Positions 55,917 through 64,000 of a DNA stretch of 64,000 nt are shown in pieces (position 1 is the stretch's first letter; every line of letters starts with the position of its first letter). Source of the stretch: Pseudomonadota bacterium (lineage in GTDB: Bacteria > Pseudomonadota > Alphaproteobacteria > UBA2136 > UBA6156); contig WGMN01000001.1 of NCBI GenBank assembly GCA_016125035.1, positions 193,526 to 257,525 of the forward strand. The letters are read 5' to 3'. The notes beneath the pieces are model-generated. The model searched no databases, was not told the DNA's origin, and saw nothing but the letters and a program-made list of their open reading frames with translations. A program made the position numbers and the translations under genes.

Positions 55917-57008
55917 TTGGACGCACACGAACGCCGCGCGTTGCTACTGACTGCCGTTGTGCTGGGCGGGGCGGTGCTGTTTTTGCACGCGGTGAGCGAT
56001 ATTCTGCTGCCCTTTATTGTGGGGCTGCTGCTGGCCTACCTGCTGAACCCGGCGGTGGGCTTTTTGGAGCGGCGCGGCGTGCCGCGCGCACTGGCCAGCG
56101 TGGTGCCGGTGGGTGCCGCCGTGGCCTTGATTACCGCCGTGCTGGTGCTGGGCATGCCGCTGCTGATGGACCAGTTGAGCAGTTTTGCCCAGCGTCTGCC
56201 GGTTTACCTGATGACGTTGCAGCACTTTGTGATACCCGACAAGTTAAGCCGCGCCCTGCACTGGGACATGGACTTTGTGGCGTTGTTAAAGCCCCTGGGC
56301 ACCATTGGCGCGCAGGGCGCCGAGTGGACGGTGCAGGCGCTGCAAAAAACGCTGAGCGGTGTTGCCTGGCTGGTGAACGTGGCATTGTTGGTGCTGATGA
56401 CCCCGGTGGTGGCTTTTTATCTGCTGCTGGACTGGCCCAAACTGATGGAGAAGATTGTGAAGTTGTTCCCCAAGCGCTGGCGCCGCAACCTGCTGGAGAT
56501 TAACCGCGAGATTGACGTGAAGCTGGCCGCTTACCTGCGCGGCACGGTGGCGGTGTGCCTGAGCATGGCGCTTTATTACAGCCTGGCGCTTTCGTCCATT
56601 GGCATTGTCTCGACCTGGATGCGCGGCACGCCGGTATCCTCGCTTGAATTGGGCTGGGCGATTGGGATCGCTACCGGAGTGATGGCCTTTTTGCCGGTGA
56701 TCGGCGCGACCATTGGCGTGACCATGATGTTTGCGGTGGCGCTGATGCAGTACCAGTTGCTGGTGTGGGAGCCTTATGCGCTGATCGGCGGGTATTTTAT
56801 TGTCGGCCAGTTTTTGGAAGGCTACGTGATGCAGCCCTTGCTGGTGGGCCAGCGCGTGGGCCTGCACCCGCTGTGGGTTATTTTTGCCCTGCTGGCCGGG
56901 GGCACGCTGGCGGGCATTACCGGCATGTTGCTGGCGGTGCCGGTGGCGGTGGTGTTCTCGGTGTTGTTGCCGCGTTTGTTGCGCCAGTGGCGGGCGGCGA
57001 TAGATTAA
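55917..57008 (+). CDS. AI-2E family transporter (PerM-like)
   Basis: LAYLLNPAV, FYLLLDW and VGLHPLWVIFALLAGG motifs; TTG start after GAAGGGG preferred over the ATG at 55851. Confidence 0.9.
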   Translation: MDAHERRALLLTAVVLGGAVLFLHAVSDILLPFIVGLLLAYLLNPAVGFLERRGVPRALASVVPVGAAVALITAVLVLGMPLLMDQLSSFAQRLPVYLMTLQHFVIPDKLSRALHWDMDFVALLKPLGTIGAQGAEWTVQALQKTLSGVAWLVNVALLVLMTPVVAFYLLLDWPKLMEKIVKLFPKRWRRNLLEINREIDVKLAAYLRGTVAVCLSMALYYSLALSSIGIVSTWMRGTPVSSLELGWAIGIATGVMAFLPVIGATIGVTMMFAVALMQYQLLVWEPYALIGGYFIVGQFLEGYVMQPLLVGQRVGLHPLWVIFALLAGGTLAGITGMLLAVPVAVVFSVLLPRLLRQWRAAID

Positions 57009-57010
57009 GA

Positions 57011-57045
57011 ACGTAACCCGTAACCCGTGGCCCGTAACCCGTTGG
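57011..57045 (+). repeat. Heptamer tandem array (CCGTAAC x5, degenerate)
   Basis: acgtaac ccgtaac ccgtggc ccgtaac ccgttgg, immediately upstream of the four-helix-bundle gene. Confidence 0.85.
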
Positions 57046-57056
57046 AGCTTTGAAGG

Positions 57057-57449
57057 ATGGCAGGTGAAAAATTAGGGTTTGCCAAGAACTTTGAAGATTT
57101 ACTGGTTTTTAAGCGGGCTTACAAAACTTCATTGGAAATACACCGCACAACTCTGACCTTTCCGGCCGCGGAACAACGCGGACTTGGTGAACAGATGCGG
57201 CGTGCCAGCAAAAGTATATGTGCCAACCTTGCAGAAGAGTTCGGTAAGGGGTCGGACAGTGCAGAGATGCGGCGGTTTACGCGCATTGGCTTAGGCTCTA
57301 GCGAAGAGATGAGGGTTTGGTTGCGTTACTGCCTGGACTTAAGACTTATTAATAAGACTGAGTGGCAAATGTGGCGCGACGAATACCACGCTATAAGCCA
57401 AATGTTACAAAAACTTATTGGGGCTATCAAAGCACCGGCTAAAAAATAG
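57057..57449 (+). CDS. Four-helix-bundle protein (23S rRNA IVS protein-like family)
   Basis: FEDLLVFKRA, FP..EQ, QMRRASKSICANLAEE and GSSEE motifs; AT-richer codons. Confidence 0.9.
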   Translation: MAGEKLGFAKNFEDLLVFKRAYKTSLEIHRTTLTFPAAEQRGLGEQMRRASKSICANLAEEFGKGSDSAEMRRFTRIGLGSSEEMRVWLRYCLDLRLINKTEWQMWRDEYHAISQMLQKLIGAIKAPAKK

Positions 57450-57555
57450 TTGGTCGGGCGTTTGGCTGAAAGTTTGAGCAGGGTTGGCACCATATGCGGT
57501 TGGAGCCGCGGCCTAACCGGGGGTATAGTAAGCCAGCGTTGAAAGAAAGATAACC

Positions 57556-58152
57556 ATGCCGACGTTTTTGGGCTTTTTGAAGAACACCGTGACCGGTGAG
57601 GAGTTTGTGGCGCCGGTGGAAGCGCCCGAACGCGCCCGCGCCGAAGCAGGATTGCGCGACCAGTACCCCGCCGCGGCCTATGCCATTTTGACGGTTTACG
57701 AGCAGCGCGAAATGGAGCGCGTGATGGACGGTGTGCGGCGCTGGCCGGGGCTGGCCAGCAAGGTACAGCCCAAACTGGAAGATTTGTTTGCCAATGTGAG
57801 TGTGGCCCGCGCCCTGCCACCGCTGCACGGCCGCGCGCCCACCAAGCTGAACGCCACCCAAGCCCGCCTGGAACAAGTACGCACGATGGCGCGGGGCACG
57901 CACAAGGGCGTGCAGGAGTTGGTGGCGCGCCTGCTGGCCGCCGACCTGCAGGGAGATATCCGTTCCGCCAAGCCGGACAGCCATGCACGGATGGAGACGG
58001 TGAGCGACGCCCGGCCCAAGGCCAAGGTGCCTGCGGCGCCGGCGATACCCCCGGTGGCAATGGCCCCCCTGCCCGCCCCCGCCGCGCGGCAAGCCGCGCA
58101 GGCCGAGCGGCCCAGCCTGATTACCATGCTTAAGCAGATGAAGCAGGCTTGA
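57556..58152 (+). CDS. Hypothetical protein
   Basis: 198-aa ORF with host-like codon usage and a Pro/Ala-rich linker. Confidence 0.7.
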   Translation: MPTFLGFLKNTVTGEEFVAPVEAPERARAEAGLRDQYPAAAYAILTVYEQREMERVMDGVRRWPGLASKVQPKLEDLFANVSVARALPPLHGRAPTKLNATQARLEQVRTMARGTHKGVQELVARLLAADLQGDIRSAKPDSHARMETVSDARPKAKVPAAPAIPPVAMAPLPAPAARQAAQAERPSLITMLKQMKQA

Positions 58153-58155
58153 AGC

Positions 58156-58692
58156 TTGGGTAGAAAATACCTGCTGGTTCCCATCCCCAAAAATCCCTAC
58201 TCCCGTATAGGCCCACTGCGATGGCAGGATTGGTGGCGCCAGGTGGAAAAGACCTCATCGCTGGCACGAAAGCTAAAGGCCGAAGGCCATGAAACGTGGG
58301 TGGTGTTGCTTTCAGACTTCAAGCCTCGCGGAAAGTTGCCAGAGCTAGAGATTTACCAGCAGGCCTTTGCCCAGGTAGCCCCGGAACTTGAGGTGAAAGC
58401 GTATCGCGAAACCAACGATACGCTGGGCCAGGTGGAACGCAGCCTTGAGTTGCGCGATAAAGAACAGGCGGTGCTGGTTTTCGTCAGCGCGTGGATGCAG
58501 TATCCGCGGGTTGTCTACCTGGCCCGCAAAGAAGGCGCACGCCATTATGGCGTCTTCGGTATTCCCCAACCGGCCTTTGCGTTGATAGACCCTTTTTGCA
58601 TGCTGACCTACCCTTTGGTGGAATGGCTTGGGTTGGGCAGGTTTTTCCAGCGTATTCTTTTAAGACGGCGTGAAGAGGGCCGTATTCTCTAG
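58156..58692 (+). CDS. Hypothetical protein, possibly YdcF/DUF218-like
   Basis: ETNDTLGQV and FVSAWMQYPR loosely resemble DUF218 motifs; TTG start. Confidence 0.5.
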   Translation: MGRKYLLVPIPKNPYSRIGPLRWQDWWRQVEKTSSLARKLKAEGHETWVVLLSDFKPRGKLPELEIYQQAFAQVAPELEVKAYRETNDTLGQVERSLELRDKEQAVLVFVSAWMQYPRVVYLARKEGARHYGVFGIPQPAFALIDPFCMLTYPLVEWLGLGRFFQRILLRRREEGRIL

Positions 58693-59750
58693 ACTTCATC
58701 CAGGCGGATGATGTGGGCGTGGGGCAGGGCCGGGGCCTCGGTATCGGTGAGCCAGACCTGGCAGCCGAGTTTGCCCAGGGTGGTGAGGAGCTGGCCGCGG
58801 CGCGCGGCATCCAGGTGGGCGGAGAACTCATCGATAAGAACCACCGGGGGCTGTTTAAGATGCGTCTTAAGCAGTTGGACGTGCGCCACCAGCCAATGGA
58901 TGAGGCCGCGCTTGTGTTGGCCGGAGGAAGCCTGCGCGAGTGTGGTGGTGGTGCCGTCTTCCAGCGTGAGGTGGCCGGTGACCTCCAGCGTGTTGGGGCC
59001 GGCGTGGGTGCGCTCCATGCGTGTGTCGATGTCGCGCGACCTTTCAAACTTGCCTTTGAGCGCCATGACCGGGTCGGCGTCCTCTAGGACCGCCAGCGCG
59101 TTACCGGCCAGCTGGAGCGTGAGAGAGCTGCCCAGGTGGGGCACCAGCGCGGCCAGATATTCTTGCCGGTGGCGCAACACCTGGATACCCCATTCCGCGC
59201 AGAGTTTCTCTTCAGCTTCCAGCCAGTCGTCGGCGCGGCCCTGCACCAGCAGCTTTAAGCGCGCCTGGCGGTGCTGGGCAAAGCGCGCCACCGCCTGTGC
59301 GTGGGCGGGGATGAGCGCGGTGGTGGCATCATCCAGCCAGCGGCGGCGCCCGGCGGGTGGGCCGGAAAAGAGGAAATCGGTGGCGGGGGTGAGCCACAGG
59401 ATGGTGTGGAGTTTGGCCAGGCCTTCCAGCGCCTGTTTGTGCCCGTCGACGTGGAGGAGGCGCTCGGCCTTGCGGAAGGTTTGGCCGATTTCGTGATCCG
59501 TGATTCGTGATTCGTGATTGGTGAACGCGGCCCACAGGCCCCATTCCTTCTGGCCGTGGCGGATTTGCGCTTTGCCTTCCGCACCCAGCAGGCCGCGGGT
59601 GGGGGTGAACAGCGACAAGGCCTCCAGCACAGAGGTTTTGCCCACGCCGTTGGGCCCCACCAGCGCCACCACCGCGGCGTTTTGCGGCACCGCAAGGGTG
59701 AGTGCCGCAAGGTTGCGGAAGTTGCTGAGCTTAAGCTGGGTGACGGCCAT
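58689..59750 (-). CDS. recF: DNA replication/repair protein RecF
   Basis: NFRN, GPNGVGKTSVLEA, RRRWLD, SSGQHK and LIDE..AHLD motifs; downstream of dnaN. Confidence 0.92.
   Translation of the reverse strand: MAVTQLKLSNFRNLAALTLAVPQNAAVVALVGPNGVGKTSVLEALSLFTPTRGLLGAEGKAQIRHGQKEWGLWAAFTNHESRITDHEIGQTFRKAERLLHVDGHKQALEGLAKLHTILWLTPATDFLFSGPPAGRRRWLDDATTALIPAHAQAVARFAQHRQARLKLLVQGRADDWLEAEEKLCAEWGIQVLRHRQEYLAALVPHLGSSLTLQLAGNALAVLEDADPVMALKGKFERSRDIDTRMERTHAGPNTLEVTGHLTLEDGTTTTLAQASSGQHKRGLIHWLVAHVQLLKTHLKQPPVVLIDEFSAHLDAARRGQLLTTLGKLGCQVWLTDTEAPALPHAHIIRLDEV
59491..59525 (+). repeat. Heptamer array (TCGTGAT x5) inside recF
   Basis: tcgtgat ccgtgat tcgtgat tcgtgat tggtgaa, encoding FTNHESRITDHE. 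Confidence 0.85.
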
Positions 59751-59755
59751 AAAAG

Positions 59756-59790
59756 ACGTTACTCGTGATTCGTGATTCGTGACTAGTGGT
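59756..59790 (+). repeat. Heptamer array just upstream of recF
   Basis: acgttac tcgtgat tcgtgat tcgtgac tagtggt. Confidence 0.85.
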
Positions 59791-59897
59791 TTGTGGGCAA
59801 AAAGGGGCGGCTTGCATGCCGCCCCCTGCCCACCAATTGAAGTTGTTTTTCCGGGCCGTTCTTCCCCTGCCCCGGCGCCCTTCTGTGTGGCGTGGCG

Positions 59898-61013
59898 CTA
59901 GACCCGCATCGGCATCACCACGAAGGTGGTGGAGCCGTCGGTTGGGTCTTTCACCATCACGGGTGAGGAAGCGTCCTTGAAGAAGAAAGTCATGTCGTCG
60001 CCGCTTACCTGGGTGCCGATATCGGCCAGGTAGCGGGCGTTGAAACCGATTTCCATTTCCGGGCCTTTGTAATCGGCCTTGACCTCTTCGCTGGCATTTT
60101 CCTGGTCGGGGTTGTTGGCGGACAGGGCCAGGGCGTTATCAATAACCCCAAAGCGCACCGAGCGGGTTTTTTCGTGGCTGAGGATGCTGACGCGGTCGAC
60201 CGCCTGGAGCAGGCTTTTGCGCGCCACGGTGAGTTGCGAGTTGTTGTCTTTGGGGATGACGCGGTCGTAGTCTGGGTAGGTGGCGTCGATGACTTTGCTG
60301 GTGAGCGTGATGTCGGTGGCTTCCGCCTGGATCTTTTTATCGCTGACGGTGAGTTTGATCTCCTTCGATTCGTCGGCGAGCTTCTTCAATTCGGTGACGC
60401 ATTTGCGCGGCAGGATGACCGAGGGCATTTCCTCGGCGGCGTCCGGGCAGGCAATTTCCGCCTTGGCCAGGCGGTGGCCGTCGGTGGCGACGGTGCGCAG
60501 GGTGGGTGTGCCGTCGACCTCCACCACGTGCAGGTAGACGCCGGTGAGGTAGGCGCGGGTTTCGTCTGCGCTGGCGGCGAATTGCACCTTATCCAGCAAT
60601 TTTTTCAGCTCGGCGGAAGGCAGGGTGAAGGTGACGCCGCCGTCGACCTTGGTCATGTCCGGGAAGGCATCCGCGTTAAGTGTGGCCAGGCTGAATTTGG
60701 CCTTGCCCGCGGTGAGCGCCAGGCGCGAGCCACCCTCGGTGGTTTCAAGGTTGACCATCACCCCTTCGGGGATCTTGCTGATGATCTCGAACAGTTTGAG
60801 CGCGCCGACAGTGGTGGTGCCGGTGCTATCCACAAAGGCCTCGGCCACGCCTTGCACGGCGAGGTCGTTATCCGTAGCTGTGGTTTCCAGCTGGTTTTTG
60901 CCGGCGGAGAGGCGGACGTTGCCGAGGATGGCGATGCTGGAGCGCTTTTCCACCACACTGCTCATGTGGCGGAGGGCGCGGAAGAGGGTTTCGCGTGAGA
61001 TGCTGAGTTTCAT
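59898..61013 (-). CDS. dnaN: DNA polymerase III beta clamp
   Basis: ATDGHRLA, YPDYDRVIP, IGFNARYL and VVMPMRV motifs. Confidence 0.97.
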   Translation of the reverse strand: MKLSISRETLFRALRHMSSVVEKRSSIAILGNVRLSAGKNQLETTATDNDLAVQGVAEAFVDSTGTTTVGALKLFEIISKIPEGVMVNLETTEGGSRLALTAGKAKFSLATLNADAFPDMTKVDGGVTFTLPSAELKKLLDKVQFAASADETRAYLTGVYLHVVEVDGTPTLRTVATDGHRLAKAEIACPDAAEEMPSVILPRKCVTELKKLADESKEIKLTVSDKKIQAEATDITLTSKVIDATYPDYDRVIPKDNNSQLTVARKSLLQAVDRVSILSHEKTRSVRFGVIDNALALSANNPDQENASEEVKADYKGPEMEIGFNARYLADIGTQVSGDDMTFFFKDASSPVMVKDPTDGSTTFVVMPMRV

Positions 61014-61100
61014 GACCCGGAGAATAGGCTTTTTGGCCGCGGACGCCAAGCGGGATGGCTAGATTGCGTGCAAAATGTCACGGCGGCAGGAAACGGCGGG

Positions 61101-61127
61101 AAAAAACCGCCTGACGGCGGTTTTTTT
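61101..61127 (-). terminator. Terminator-like hairpin between dnaA and dnaN
   Basis: AAAAAACCGC-ctgacg-GCGGTTTTTT; dnaN has its own promoter downstream. Confidence 0.7.
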
Positions 61128-62559
61128 AACGGCCTTGCAGCGTGCGGGTGACCAGCTGGACCTGCTCGGCAAGCTGGGCGTCTCGCGGCAGCAGCGCGAC
61201 GATGGTCTCGCAGGCGTGGATGACGGTGGTGTGGTCACGCCCGCCGAACGCCCGGCCGATGTCCGGGTACGAGCGGCTGGTGAGCTGCTTGGCCAGGTAC
61301 ATGGCCACCTGGCGCGGGCGGGCCACCTCGCGCGCGCGGCGCGGGGAGTGCATGTCGGACACGCGGATGTTGAACTGAGTGGCGACCTTTTGCTGGATGT
61401 CATCGATGGTGATGACGCGGTTGTAGACGCGGAAGAGATCGCGCAGCTGGTCGCGGGCGAGGTCGGGCGTGAGGGCCTCGCCGGTGAGGCGGGCGTAGGC
61501 CACCAGGCGGTTGAGCGCGCCTTCCAGCTCGCGCACGTTGGAGGCGATCTGCGCGGCGAGGAGTTGCAACACCTCGGCCGGCACGGTGTAGCCCATGCTT
61601 TCCGCTTTGGATTGGAGGATGGCCAGGCGGGTTTCTTCTTCCGGGGCGTGCACCTCGACCGTGAGGCCGCTGCCCAGGCGCGACTTGAGGCGCTCTTCGA
61701 TGTTGGGAAGTTCGTGCGGGGACCTATCTGCCGTGAGCACCACCTGCTTGCCGGCCTGAATGAGGGTGTTGAAGGTGTGGAAGAACTCTTCTTGCGTGGC
61801 GTCCTTGCCGGCGATGAATTGGAGATCGTCGATCATCAGCACGTCGACCGAGCGGAAGAGCTCTTTGAAGCCGAGGGTGTTTTTATCCTTGAGGGCGCGG
61901 ATGAACTTGTAGAGGAACTGCTCGGCGGAAAGGTAGAGCACGTTGGTGGGTTTGCCAGATTCCAGCACCGCGTGGCCGATGGCCTGCATAAGGTGGGTTT
62001 TGCCCAGCCCCACCCCGCCGTGGAGGAAGAAGGGGTTGTAGGCGACCTTGCCCTGGGTGAGGGCCTCGGCCACGCTTTGCGCGGCGGTGAAGGCGAACTG
62101 GTTGGACTTGCCGGTGACGAACTGGTGGAAGCCGTAGCGCGCATCCAGGCGGCTGCCGGAGAGCCACTCCGGCGCGGCAGCCTCGGGCGCGGTGGGGGAC
62201 ATGACCGCTGCCTGAATGCTTTGCGGGGCAGAGGCCGACACGGCAAAGGTGGGGACGACTTGAAGCTCGATGGCGACCGGGCGGCCGGCCTGGCTGGAGA
62301 GTTGCTCTTCCAGCTGGGTGAGATAGTTGCCCCGGACCCATTGGGCAATGAAGGTGGTGGGAGCGGCAAGGGTGAGGGAATCGGCAGTGACGGCCTGAAC
62401 TTTGAGAGGAGCCAGCCAGGCGGCGTAGTTCTCATCGCCGAAGGTGGCGGGGAGAGTGGTTTGCAGGTCATCCCACAACAAGGCCAGCGGCGGCACCGCA
62501 CCGGCCGTGGCAGCGGATTTCCCTTGAACGGAGACGCCGGCAGCGGGGGCAGTGTGCAT
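61126..62559 (-). CDS. dnaA: Chromosomal replication initiator DnaA
   Basis: [41 protein letters not shown] and FGGRDHTTV motifs. Confidence 0.98.
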   Translation of the reverse strand: MHTAPAAGVSVQGKSAATAGAVPPLALLWDDLQTTLPATFGDENYAAWLAPLKVQAVTADSLTLAAPTTFIAQWVRGNYLTQLEEQLSSQAGRPVAIELQVVPTFAVSASAPQSIQAAVMSPTAPEAAAPEWLSGSRLDARYGFHQFVTGKSNQFAFTAAQSVAEALTQGKVAYNPFFLHGGVGLGKTHLMQAIGHAVLESGKPTNVLYLSAEQFLYKFIRALKDKNTLGFKELFRSVDVLMIDDLQFIAGKDATQEEFFHTFNTLIQAGKQVVLTADRSPHELPNIEERLKSRLGSGLTVEVHAPEEETRLAILQSKAESMGYTVPAEVLQLLAAQIASNVRELEGALNRLVAYARLTGEALTPDLARDQLRDLFRVYNRVITIDDIQQKVATQFNIRVSDMHSPRRAREVARPRQVAMYLAKQLTSRSYPDIGRAFGGRDHTTVIHACETIVALLPRDAQLAEQVQLVTRTLQGR

Positions 62560-62672
62560 GGACGAGGAACCTTTTTGTTGGTGGTTGCTGGTATGTACCT
62601 TGCTCTACCTTGCTCTACTTTTTCAGGGGGGGTCAAGAGAAAAAGTTTGAGTTTTTTCAACCACTTATATAC

Positions 62673-62716
62673 AAAAACACCACCGGCAGCGCGGGGCGCT
62701 GCGGTGGTGTTTTTTT
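62673..62716 (-). terminator. rpsT terminator
   Basis: AAAAACACCACCG..GCAGCGC/GCGCTGC..GGTGGTGTTTTT long stem. Confidence 0.75.
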
Positions 62717-62734
62717 ATTGAGAAGATGGCGCGG

Positions 62735-62998
62735 TTAGGCGCGGGTATTGATGCGCGCGGAAAGGCGGCTGATTTTACGCGACGCGGAACCTTTGGTGAT
62801 GGCGCCTTTTTGCGCGGCCTTGGAGAGCTCGCTCATCACCGCGCGGAAGTTGGTGGCGATGGCCGATTTATCGGCGGATTTGAGCGCTTCCTCGAACTTT
62901 TTGATAAAGGTGCTGACGCGCGAGCGACGGGCCACGTTGGCGGTGGTGTGCTTGGCGTCTTGGCGGATGCGCTTGCGCTGCTGGTTGCTGTGGGCCAT
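62735..62998 (-). CDS. rpsT: 30S ribosomal protein S20
   Basis: KRIRQ...N..RRS...TFIKK and ASRKISRL motifs. Confidence 0.95.
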   Translation of the reverse strand: MAHSNQQRKRIRQDAKHTTANVARRSRVSTFIKKFEEALKSADKSAIATNFRAVMSELSKAAQKGAITKGSASRKISRLSARINTRA

Positions 62999-63088
62999 GG
63001 GTTCTCTCTCGTTCCTTCAAACTTTGACTGGGCCGGACGGGATGCCGGGCCGCTGAGGGCGGACAATAGGCGATTGGGGATAAGTTTG

Positions 63089-64000
63089 TCAAACGGGGAA
63101 TTTGGGTGAGGTGAAAAGAATTGCCGGGTCGGGAAAATCACCCAACTTTTGAATATCTTGCAGGCTGGTTACGGCCGGGACGGCCAGCGCGGTGACACCC
63201 GGAAGGCTGCTGATTAAGGCGCAGGCAAGGGCTGGTGGCGGCAGGGTGTGCCAGGCGGCGGGCAGCTGCGGCGCGATGCGGGCCAATGCCGCGCGCTGCA
63301 ACGGCTGCGCGGCGGCGGCGGCAAGGCTGGGCCCCCATTGCCGCAAAGCGGCGGCGGCGCGGTGATAACCGGCAAAAGACGGCTGCGGCGGCAAGGTGGC
63401 CAGTTGTGCCTCCATAAGAGGAAGCAGGTGGCGGCACCAGTGCCGCCAGTGCGCAGGCGTGGGCCAGGGCGCCAGCCCCTGGGTAAGCGCCGCCAGCGCC
63501 GAGAACAGCGGCTGCCCCTGCCAGGCGGGCCAGCCGCCCAGCGCGGCGGCGAGGTTCTGCTCGGCGGTGGCGAAGGCGGTGAGGGCTTGAAGGGCGGCGG
63601 GCGGAGGAGAAGAATCGCCAGGCAGGGCGGCGTCCACCACCACGGTGGCGAGGCCGAGGCGGCTGGCGAGTTCCAGCGGGCTGACCGGCTCTTGCTTATG
63701 CAGGGTGTTGGGTTGGGTGAGGGCCTGGGGGGTGAGGAGATCGACAGTGGCCAGAACAAGCCCCAGCGCCGGCCGTTTGCGGCGGCCGTGCACGGTGGCG
63801 GCGGCTTGTGCGGCAAGCTCTAGCCACTGGTGCAGCGGGCAGGGCGGGTTGGGTTGGGTGAAATCGGCGTCGTACAGGCCGTAGGCCTCTAGTGCGCCGG
63901 AGCCAACCGCCTGTTCCAGCCGGGTGAAGGTGGCGAGGGCCTGCGCCGCGGTGGGCGGAGCGGCGGGTTGCCACACCACAAAGGTGGGCGCGGGTTGGGG
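63089..64000 (-). CDS. Partial hypothetical protein, possibly a divergent aldo/keto reductase-like C-terminal part
   Basis: LEQAVGSGALEAYGL and ISSLPGVTALAV weakly recall AKR segments; the start may lie beyond the window. Confidence 0.45.
   Translation of the reverse strand, partial: PQPAPTFVVWQPAAPPTAAQALATFTRLEQAVGSGALEAYGLYDADFTQPNPPCPLHQWLELAAQAAATVHGRRKRPALGLVLATVDLLTPQALTQPNTLHKQEPVSPLELASRLGLATVVVDAALPGDSSPPPAALQALTAFATAEQNLAAALGGWPAWQGQPLFSALAALTQGLAPWPTPAHWRHWCRHLLPLMEAQLATLPPQPSFAGYHRAAAALRQWGPSLAAAAAQPLQRAALARIAPQLPAAWHTLPPPALACALISSLPGVTALAVPAVTSLQDIQKLGDFPDPAILFTSPKFPV

Noticed and set aside
57057..57449. Diversity-generating retroelement or 23S rRNA intervening sequence
   Set aside because: No reverse transcriptase, no TR/VR repeat pair and no rRNA sequence in the window.

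Overview
Chromosomal window from a GC-rich bacterium, most likely an alphaproteobacterium (rpsT-dnaA-dnaN-recF order, CtaG/Cox11, CoxF- and SURF1-like genes). It is mostly housekeeping: a rearranged, dispersed aa3-type cytochrome c oxidase set (A2-type CoxI, Cys-containing type-1 CtaA, an alpha-carbonic anhydrase inverted inside the cluster, with ctaC and surf1 far away), rlmJ, ohr, asnB, rhlE, typA, tRNA-Ser, a beta-oxidation operon, a TetR-RND pump, thrS/infC, mutS, murJ, recF-dnaN-dnaA-rpsT and tRNA-Arg. I see no CRISPR array, transposase, integrase or rRNA. The best candidate for an undescribed system is at 38.05-39.35 kb: two tandem orphan genes each have the same architecture. That architecture is a sigma70-like promoter, a leaderless 13-14 aa uORF forming the 5' arm of a long hairpin with the stop codon at the apex, a shared 13-nt motif, a C-rich linker, the orphan ORF and a terminator. 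Other notable signals are same-strand 7-, 8- and 10-mer tandem arrays (several inside asnB, mutS, recF and alsT, and one just upstream of a four-helix-bundle gene), a tRNA-Ser duplicate with hairpin insertions, an RPE-like palindromic element, and widespread leaderless promoters including a bidirectional one. All calls come from reading motifs by eye; no searches or folding programs were run.
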